Shown one piece after another: positions 9,074 through 15,718 of a DNA stretch of 32,000 bases (the first letter of the stretch is position 1; each line of letters starts with the position of its first letter). Position numbers and translations under genes: made by a program. This DNA comes from Vibrio alginolyticus NBRC 15630 = ATCC 17749 (GTDB lineage Bacteria; Pseudomonadota; Gammaproteobacteria; Enterobacterales; Vibrionaceae), in the NCBI RefSeq assembly GCF_000354175.2, contig NC_022359.1, forward strand, positions 1,080,001 to 1,112,000, written 5' to 3'. Below the pieces are notes generated by a model. The model saw only the letters and a list, made by a program, of their open reading frames with translations, was not told the DNA's origin and did not search any database.

Positions 9074-9938
9074 AAACACAATGGATTGGACGCAGTTGAT
9101 GGACCGCCCAGAATTACTTCTGATGATTCTGGCTCCAGTTTTCTTTTTCTGCATGCTTGCCGAATATTGGTTCGGACAAAGAAGGGGACGCTTGCCTGAA
9201 AGCGCGACGTATTACTTCCCTGAAGTAGCGTGTAATTTTGTTCTTGCGGGCTTACACCAAGCGACAGACATACTCACGGGTTTACTGATTGCTCAGTTGT
9301 ATTTGTGGTGGCTCGATTGGCGTTTGTTTGATATCGAAATGAGCGTCTCAGCTTTTCTTTTACTTGTTGTCCTGCAAGATTTTTTCTATTACTGGTTTCA
9401 TCGGGCTAGCCATCGTATTCGTTGGATGTGGGCCGCGCACGTTGTTCATCACAGTTCGGAAAGAATGAACTTCAGTACCGCCTTTCGTCAAAGTTTAATG
9501 TATCCGCTAGCGGGGATGTGGATTTTTTGGTTGCCCTTGGTGATTATTGGTTTTGAGCCAAAATGGGTTGTCTTCGTTGTGTTGTTTAATCTGGGCTTAC
9601 AGTTTTTTGTTCACACCCAATCAATTCGTTCGCTCGGGCCACTAGAGTGGGTATTTAACACGCCGTCTCACCATCGCGTTCATCATGGTGTGAACCGTCA
9701 GTACATCGACAAAAATTATGCGGGTGTATTAATTATTTGGGATCGAATGTTCGGAACGTTTGAACCAGAGGTGGAAACGGTTCGGTATGGGGTTTCTAAA
9801 CCTGTAAACAGCTTTAATCCCATCCGCGTGACGTTTGCAGAATGGAAAGACATGTTTTATGACGTAACTCGACCAAACTTATCATGGAAACAACGCTGCC
9901 GCCGTTTGTTCGCTCCGCCATCGGATTTTTATGAGTAA
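9060..9938 (+). CDS. Fatty-acid hydroxylase / sterol desaturase superfamily integral membrane di-iron enzyme
   Basis: His-box motifs are present: HRASHRIRWMWAAHVVHHSSE (HxxxH ... HxxHH) and HHRVHH. There are multiple hydrophobic helices. The start is ambiguous: ATG 9060 overlaps the upstream gene by 14 nt, and ATG 9081 is the alternative. Confidence 0.85.
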   Translation: MQNGRNTMDWTQLMDRPELLLMILAPVFFFCMLAEYWFGQRRGRLPESATYYFPEVACNFVLAGLHQATDILTGLLIAQLYLWWLDWRLFDIEMSVSAFLLLVVLQDFFYYWFHRASHRIRWMWAAHVVHHSSERMNFSTAFRQSLMYPLAGMWIFWLPLVIIGFEPKWVVFVVLFNLGLQFFVHTQSIRSLGPLEWVFNTPSHHRVHHGVNRQYIDKNYAGVLIIWDRMFGTFEPEVETVRYGVSKPVNSFNPIRVTFAEWKDMFYDVTRPNLSWKQRCRRLFAPPSDFYE

Positions 9939-9954
9939 ATTGAGATAAAGAGAT

Positions 9955-10030
<76 letters not shown>

Positions 10031-10400
10031 CATCGATAGGACTCGGTTAATATGCCACACTGGACGAAAAAGAAAAGTCTTTTCTCATCAAATGTTTGTC
10101 AGTTGCCTAAAAAAGTAGCGGACTGATGTTAAAGTGTTCATTGTCTCTGGTTTTTTGTGGCACTCGCGATTTCGTTACTAAGCCTAGAGGCTTCCAATTA
10201 GGTCGTAAACACCGAATTCTTAGGTGTTTAGATGTTGATGATATTCAAGATTTTCTGTGTAAAGGTTAATCTCGTTTATTGAACAGTCACGTTTCATGGT
10301 CAAGACTAGATATTGAAATGATTACTTTTTACTGTTGATGCGTATGTATAACACAGGGTAATTCTGCTGAAACAGTCAGCTTAACCAAAGGAGATTTAAC

Positions 10401-10919
10401 ATGATGAGAGGTTTGATATTAGGGCTGGTGGTGATGCTGGTATCTGCTTGTACTACCGTTACAACCGATGTAGATAAACAAGCCGACTTTTCAGCTTACA
10501 GAACGTTTGACTTCGGTGCTCAGGCGGAAGCTCCTACCAGTATTGATGGTCGACGTATTGAGCAAGGGCTTGCTGAACAGCTTGAGGGTAAGGGTTTAAT
10601 TAAGGTAAATAGTGGCGGTGACCTTTACGTACATCATGATATCGTAGAAGAATCCGAGCTTGTTTCTTCAGGATCGTCGGTGAGCTTTGGCTATGGCTGG
10701 AATAGCTTTGGTGTGATCACTTCAAGCCCAGAAAGATATAAAGAACGTAAGTATGGGAAGTTGGTGGTTGAACTGGTTGATGCAAAGGCTAATCAAGTCG
10801 TTTGGAAAGGCGTTTCAAGTCGTAAACTGTCTGAGTCAATGAGCTCTGAGAAAAGAGAATCTCTCATCCAAGAAGAAATCGCGAAGATGTTTGAAAGCTA
10901 CCCTTACGGTGAAAAATAA
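10401..10919 (+). CDS. Lipoprotein, DUF4136-like
   Basis: A strong RBS (AAAGGAG) precedes the ATG. The lipobox is LVSAC. The pattern YRTFDF...GKLVVELVDAKANQVVWKGVSS...IAKMFESYP resembles the DUF4136 lipoprotein family as I remember it. Confidence 0.7.
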   Translation: MMRGLILGLVVMLVSACTTVTTDVDKQADFSAYRTFDFGAQAEAPTSIDGRRIEQGLAEQLEGKGLIKVNSGGDLYVHHDIVEESELVSSGSSVSFGYGWNSFGVITSSPERYKERKYGKLVVELVDAKANQVVWKGVSSRKLSESMSSEKRESLIQEEIAKMFESYPYGEK

Positions 10920-10948
10920 TTAGTATTCTTAACGATCAAGAATACTAA
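10920..10948 (+). terminator. Hairpin immediately after the lipoprotein gene stop
   Basis: TTAGTATTCTT-aacgatc-AAGAATACTAA is a perfect 11-bp stem that starts 1 nt after the TAA. It is AT-rich and has only a short T tail. Confidence 0.5.
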
Positions 10949-10988
10949 TTGCCAATAGTTACGCACAGGGTTAAAAGAACTTATTATT

Positions 10989-11444
10989 TTGGTTTTGGTT
11001 ACCTTTGTGCGTACGACCCTGATTGCTTTACTCGGACTACTTTTCTGCTTGTTGGCTCCGAGCATGAGCCTGGCGCACTCACACCCAAATTTTCTTTCCT
11101 TTCATAACCAGAATATTGCTGTTGACGCTAAGTCGAAGCACTTTTCAGAACATCCTATCTCTCCAATACAACTAGACTACCCGAGTTTAAACAGCCGGAA
11201 TGTATTGAGGGTTAGCCATGCTAAGGAAATGAGCTCGAACGACGATGTAGAACCCGAATGGTTTGAAATGCTTGATGTAGCATGGTGGGCGCATCGTTCG
11301 GCAATTTACTCGATGAAGCGGCTAAAACGCATCGGCAATGAGGCTTTAGGTTGTTGTATTGAAAGTATTTTTACTCACTTTAAATACAGAATCGGCGTGA
11401 GAAAAGAATCGAATTTGATATACCGCTTTATACATGCTCGCTAA
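10989..11444 (+). CDS. Hypothetical secreted protein, paralogue of 12711..13196
   Basis: The ORF has a signal-peptide-like N-terminus (..TTLIALLGLLFCLLAPSMSLA|HSH). The start is uncertain (TTG 10989 or GTG 11007; no clear SD). The C-terminal motif KYRIGVRKESNLIYRFIHAR is shared with the 12711..13196 product. Confidence 0.5.
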   Translation: MVLVTFVRTTLIALLGLLFCLLAPSMSLAHSHPNFLSFHNQNIAVDAKSKHFSEHPISPIQLDYPSLNSRNVLRVSHAKEMSSNDDVEPEWFEMLDVAWWAHRSAIYSMKRLKRIGNEALGCCIESIFTHFKYRIGVRKESNLIYRFIHAR

Positions 11445-11494
11445 CACATTCCATGTTTTTGCAACTTTTGGTTAATTATGCTTAGGAGCGGTTT

Positions 11495-12175
11495 ATGTTT
11501 GATTCGATCATTCAGGTCTTGAGTGCTTTTTGGCATCAAGATTTCACGGCGTTAATGGCGCCAGGCAGTGCAGGTTTGGTTTATTTTGTTGTTGCAGTGA
11601 TTATCTTTTTGGAAAGTGGTTTTATTCCTGCTGCACCTTTCCCATGCGACAGTGTCGTCGTATTATCCGGTACGCTGGCGGCGGTTGGCGTCCTTGACCC
11701 AATTATGATCATGTTGGTGATAGCTGTTAGTGCGGGGTTGGGAAGTTGGGCGGCTTATTTACAAGGCAAGTGGCTAAATCGCTTACCTAAGGTCCAAGGC
11801 TGGGTGAGTGCGGTTCCTCAAAAGCGTTTGGAACAAGTCGACGTATTACTCAGTAAACATGGATTGATTGCGCTTTTGTGCGCGCGGTTTATTCCGGTTG
11901 TTCGTTCCCTATTGCCATTAATGATGGGGTTGCGAGTGAAACGTATTAGTAAATTCCATTACTTTGCGTGGCTGAGTGCGATTTTATGGACGCTGATATT
12001 ATGCGGTTTTGGTTCATTACTTCCTTTGCTACCGGAAAATATGAGCAAAGCAATCACAATGCTATTAATGGCGGCACCAATAATTACTCTTGTGATAGGA
12101 GTGCTTAGTTTCTTGTTTGTTAAAGCACGTCGAGCGTTCTGTAAACCCAAGGATGTGTCAGAGTTTTCCCAGTAA
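11495..12175 (+). CDS. DedA/VTT-domain family inner-membrane protein
   Basis: 226 aa, preceded by an AGGAG RBS, with multiple TM helices. DedA-like segments are present: FLESGFIPAAPFPCDSVVVLSGTLAA and LLCARFIPVVRSLLPLMMG. Confidence 0.78.
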   Translation: MFDSIIQVLSAFWHQDFTALMAPGSAGLVYFVVAVIIFLESGFIPAAPFPCDSVVVLSGTLAAVGVLDPIMIMLVIAVSAGLGSWAAYLQGKWLNRLPKVQGWVSAVPQKRLEQVDVLLSKHGLIALLCARFIPVVRSLLPLMMGLRVKRISKFHYFAWLSAILWTLILCGFGSLLPLLPENMSKAITMLLMAAPIITLVIGVLSFLFVKARRAFCKPKDVSEFSQ

Positions 12176-12243
12176 GTTTACTTTGATTTGCACTTTTAAG
12201 CTTGTATGCAGATTAGACATCTAATCGACAGGTTTTTGTCAGT

Positions 12244-12278
12244 AAAAAGAAAGGCGCAATGTATGCGCCTTTCTTTTT
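12244..12278. terminator. Bidirectional rho-independent terminator between convergent genes
   Basis: AAAAAGAAAGGCGC-aatgtat-GCGCCTTTCTTTTT forms a 14-bp stem. The A-run and T-run give a U-tail on either strand. Confidence 0.8.
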
Positions 12279-12300
12279 GAGTGTCGTTAGGGTTTCGAAT

Positions 12301-12624
12301 TTAATAGCCAATGCTATATAGGTATTCGCCAACTTCTTTGCACTGAGACTTGTAGATGTTCTCTACTTCAGACTTATTCTTATCTGCTGCTTTAAATTCA
12401 AGTTCGGCAGACGATAGCTGGTCAAAGCTGTAGTCTCTCTCAGACATTAAGTAGTGTCTGAACATCGCTCTGTGTTCCGGAACTGCAATACGTGCGTTAG
12501 AAACGTTGGCACACTCTAACAGAGTGTCGTTACTCATTTCTTCTGGCTTAGTTTCTGTGTTTGCTAAGGTTGAGCCCGCTGAAAATAGTAATGCTAGTGC
12601 GATGGTTGTAGCGATTCTTGTCAT
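12301..12624 (-). CDS. Hypothetical small periplasmic protein (107 aa, two Cys)
   Basis: Clear Sec signal peptide (MTRIATTIALALLFSAGSTLA|NTE). The mature part is hydrophilic with two cysteines. A terminator follows the stop. I recognise no family. Confidence 0.6.
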   Translation of the reverse strand: MTRIATTIALALLFSAGSTLANTETKPEEMSNDTLLECANVSNARIAVPEHRAMFRHYLMSERDYSFDQLSSAELEFKAADKNKSEVENIYKSQCKEVGEYLYSIGY

Positions 12625-12710
12625 TATATGGACCTCAAATTGGTTCTAGTAACAATGAGCATATTGGCTCTTATCGTTACATTTTCGTGTTCTCTGTATG
12701 TCATAAAAAG

Positions 12711-13196
12711 TTAAACAACAGAGAAGGCGTTGCGACCATGAGTAAAGACGAACATTAAGTTCGCTTCCTTTCTTCCTGAGAGGCGATAAAGAGAGCGTTG
12801 ACTCATGAGTCCGCCATAACTGTCTAGAGGTAAGCGAGATGCTTGTTTTGCCAACTCCAGTAGTGGTGGAGAAGAGAAAGCAATAAGTAAAAAATAATCA
12901 GGAGTAAAATCTGATGATAAAACGCCATCAGTAGCTGATGTTCGGCGACAGGAAACAAGCCCGAACAACTCGCGCTTTATATGTAGGTAGTAACTTTCTG
13001 AACCCCAAGAGCTCAGAGAAGCTGAGGCATGAAAATCAGTGTGTGCTAGCTCAAAATCGTCTTGTTGAGAGAGTTTAAGTAGACGCTCGGAAGTGTAATG
13101 TTTGGTGTGGTGCCACTCATGCGCATATGAAGCTGTGATGAGCCCTGAAAGCAGGGACAAAGAAAGCATCAATAATATACGGTGTAGATAACGCAA
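12711..13196 (-). CDS. Hypothetical secreted protein, paralogue of 10989..11444
   Basis: A TTG start gives MRYLHRILLMLSLSLLSGLITASYA|HEWHHTKH, a good signal peptide. The C-terminal LYRLSGRKEANLMFVFTHGR matches 10/20 identical positions with the C-terminus of the 10989..11444 product in my hand alignment. Confidence 0.55.
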   Translation of the reverse strand: MRYLHRILLMLSLSLLSGLITASYAHEWHHTKHYTSERLLKLSQQDDFELAHTDFHASASLSSWGSESYYLHIKRELFGLVSCRRTSATDGVLSSDFTPDYFLLIAFSSPPLLELAKQASRLPLDSYGGLMSQRSLYRLSGRKEANLMFVFTHGRNAFSVV

Positions 13197-13447
13197 GAAG
13201 TAACCCTAAACATATAAAGCCACAGTTACCCACCATGATTAAGGAATCTTAGTGGAACTATGATAACGATGAAAGCCAGTGTCTGATGAACTCAGCGTAT
13301 ACTAACGAGATGGAAGGGGGATGAACAGAGTTTTCTGATCGCACTTAGGCATATGAGCGAATAACACAATAATTTTTCGCTTTCGAGTAAGCGAAAATGG
13401 AAAGAGAGTCGTTGCACAAGGACGATTAAGCTAACAGGATTATTACT

Positions 13448-13479
13448 GGGGAAGAAATAGAATCTTCTTTTTCTTCCCC
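13448..13479 (-). terminator. Strong hairpin about 20 nt downstream of the L,D-transpeptidase stop (possible terminator)
   Basis: GGGGAAGAAA...TTTCTTCCCC forms a 10-bp perfect outer stem (13448-13457 / 13470-13479) that extends inward. There is no clean U-tract on the minus strand. Confidence 0.4.
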
Positions 13480-13497
13480 ATATTCGTCGCATCGATA

Positions 13498-14139
13498 TTA
13501 TGCGCTTGCGTAAATAACGCTGCCGCCTTTTATGGTGTCAATGATCTCGCGAGACAACTTCTCTGGCAAAGCAGGGCAACCCCAACTGCGTCCGAGGTAT
13601 CCATTCTTCTTGATGAAGGAAGGGTTTGCGTAATCGGCACCGTGCACGACAATGTAACGCTCGCGAGCTTTGTCGTTTAATCCAGAGCTTAGCCCATCTA
13701 ATCGAAGTGAATAGCCATTTGAGCCGTAGTAAGTGGTATCAGTCAAAAAAGTGCCCAATGATGTTTTTCGCGAGTTCACGACATTTGAAAACTGTGTCGC
13801 TGTTTTCTTTCCGCTGTTCACGCCGTGAGAAACATACGTATTGTAAATTAGCTTCTTTTTATCTAAATCAACCACATAAAAACGCTTTTCAGTTGATGGT
13901 TTACTATAGTCGATGATCGTTAGTACCGACTTCTTTCTATCGGGTGTCTTCTGATAAGCGATGTAAGCGTCACTGAACAACTTAAAGTCTACTATGCCAT
14001 CTAGCTTGGCTTGTTTAAACACATGTTCAACTTGCTTTGGTCGTAAATGATCCCTGGGTTCGTTATCTGATTGTTTTGCAAAAGCAAAAGGTGAGACAGA
14101 CAACAGCGCACATGTAAATAATATAATTAACTTTTTCAT
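13498..14139 (-). CDS. L,D-transpeptidase catalytic-domain family protein (YkuD_2-like), secreted
   Basis: 213 aa with a signal peptide (MKKLIILFTCALLSVSPFAFA). The C-terminal catalytic-type segment is VVHGADYANPSFIKKNGYLGRSWGCPAL, a His ... SxGC motif. Confidence 0.8.
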   Translation of the reverse strand: MKKLIILFTCALLSVSPFAFAKQSDNEPRDHLRPKQVEHVFKQAKLDGIVDFKLFSDAYIAYQKTPDRKKSVLTIIDYSKPSTEKRFYVVDLDKKKLIYNTYVSHGVNSGKKTATQFSNVVNSRKTSLGTFLTDTTYYGSNGYSLRLDGLSSGLNDKARERYIVVHGADYANPSFIKKNGYLGRSWGCPALPEKLSREIIDTIKGGSVIYASA

Positions 14140-14922
14140 CTTGGCTAAATAAAACTCTATGGTGTTACAAATTTACCGATTGCTTCATGCACTCGTTAAA
14201 ACAACATGCACATCAATATAATTCTATTCCCAATGTTTCTTATTGCACGCTTAGGTGCTTGATATTGGGTTGACGATAATTTCTCGAGTTAAAAACTAAC
14301 TGTTTGAAACTTATATAAAATATGAAGTTTAACGATGGTTTCTATAAACTTCGGCGTAAATAATATCTGATATATGTAATTAATAAAACTGTGTTTAAGG
14401 ATATTTGTGAAGTTGCCAATTTATAAAAACGGCGTTTTATTTTTCGTACTTTAGAAACTCTTTTTATTTCAATGTGTTTTCTTTTTCTACGCTTTATCCA
14501 ATACCTCAAAAGTTTGTGATTTAACTCGTAACAAATCGTAACGCCGAATCGTTATGTGTATAAGTGCATTTATAATGTATGAATAAACAACAGGGTGGTA
14601 AGAAAAGGCAGTAAAACAGCGGTGAATCGGTTGTTTTTAATTCACGATTGACAAAGCTAAGTCTAAGTCGTACAAAAATTGAACTTGTGAATGTATCGTT
14701 TAAGTGAGAGTGATGAGCTCGACAAAAGTGAAGTGATGCGTGCTATTGTTTATTCTCTAATTTATTCGATTACATAAGGAAGGGTACATAGTAAAAATTG
14801 AAAAAATAATTCTATCGTGTGGATTAAAATATATAAATAATAAAACTTAGAAATTAAAAGATAAGAACGCCAGATATTGATTCATTAAATTTTTGAACAT
14901 GAAAGTAAACTCTATCTATTAT

Positions 14923-14947
14923 GTTTGGTTTGGTTTGGTTTGGTTTG
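14923..14947. repeat. Pentanucleotide microsatellite (GTTTG)x5
   Basis: Reads directly as gtttg gtttg gtttg gtttg gtttg, followed by gtg. It lies 56-80 nt upstream of the ATG at 15003. Confidence 0.95.
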
Positions 14948-15002
14948 GTGTGAAAGCGATCGTCTCATTAAGAAAAGCGCTCAAATTTATTTAAGGACGG
15001 TT

Positions 15003-15578
15003 ATGACAGCATTTAATAAAGTGTTTATTGTCACTCCCAATGTTAATGATTTTGCAATGTTGCAAGAGTCGCCATTGGAAATGTCTCTTCAAGTAACGGC
15101 AAGCAAACCTATCCAACTCTATGGAGAGTCTGTTAAAGCCAGTTGGAAAAGTATTGATATTGAATGGTTAGACGTTATGGGTGAAAAGCCATTGCCCAGG
15201 CCTGATATTGCAGCATGGGGATCTTTTACTCTTGCTGTATCCGCTTCTATTGCGGATAAGCTCGATGTGTTGAGCGAGAATGTCGAATTTTTACCATTAA
15301 ATCTACAAGGAAAGCCTTGGCGAGCATTAAACATTGTCACTCAAATTGATGCCATTGATACCTCTGCTACCGAGTATAATCTTCGTCATGATAAGCTAAG
15401 TCGTGCTAGACCGTTTAAGAAACTCGTTTTGAATAGAGAAGTCGTTAATGAATCTGACTTGTTCAGAGTAAAAGGTGCTGGGCTCAGAACGTTTTGCACG
15501 GACAAAAAAGGTGGCTTGTACGATAGCGTCAAAGCGCTGAATTTGACCGGTTTGGATTTCAAGGAAGTGCTGGTTTAA
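15003..15578 (+). CDS. Hypothetical protein, possibly Imm11/DUF1629-like immunity-type protein
   Basis: I prefer ATG 15003, which has an AAGGA RBS 6 nt upstream, over the TTG at 14925 that lies inside the microsatellite. The product is 191 aa, cytoplasmic, with no TM segment. The overall pattern (..PDIAAWGSFTLAVSASIADKL..NVEFLPLNL..WRALNIVTQIDAIDTSATEY..KKLVLNREVV..DLFRVKG..TFCTD..KALNLTGLDFKEV) resembles Imm11 proteins as I remember them. This assignment is unverified. Confidence 0.55.
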   Translation: MTAFNKVFIVTPNVNDFAMLQESPLEMSLQVTASKPIQLYGESVKASWKSIDIEWLDVMGEKPLPRPDIAAWGSFTLAVSASIADKLDVLSENVEFLPLNLQGKPWRALNIVTQIDAIDTSATEYNLRHDKLSRARPFKKLVLNREVVNESDLFRVKGAGLRTFCTDKKGGLYDSVKALNLTGLDFKEVLV

Positions 15579-15718
15579 AAACGAATAAATAGTGATTTAC
15601 TCAACTAAAGTCATAGATATAGGTATGGGGGAACAAAAGCTGAGCATCTATCAATGAAGCTCATATACAGCTAAATACAGCCGCCCACAGTTGTGACTGT
15701 TGTACTTCTCCCCTTAAC

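Noticed and set aside
10206-10230. A hairpin, TAAACACC-gaattctta-GGTGTTTA, in the region upstream of the tRNA and of the lipoprotein gene.
   Set aside because: It has an 8-bp stem but no U-tract on either strand and no gene ending nearby. No function is evident, and it may be fortuitous in 370 bp of intergenic DNA.
13374-13397. A hairpin, TTTTCGCTT-tcgagt-AAGCGAAAA, in the 13197-13497 gap.
   Set aside because: The stem is a perfect 9 bp, but the T-run is on the 5' side on both strands, so it is not a canonical intrinsic terminator. It is AT-rich and marginally stable.
13292-13492. A 66-aa ORF on the minus strand in the gap between the L,D-transpeptidase gene and the secreted paralogue.
   Set aside because: The translation (MRRIWGRKRRFYFFPSNN...) looks like random sequence. 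The ORF spans the strong hairpin at 13448-13479, which is better explained as a terminator. It has no RBS.
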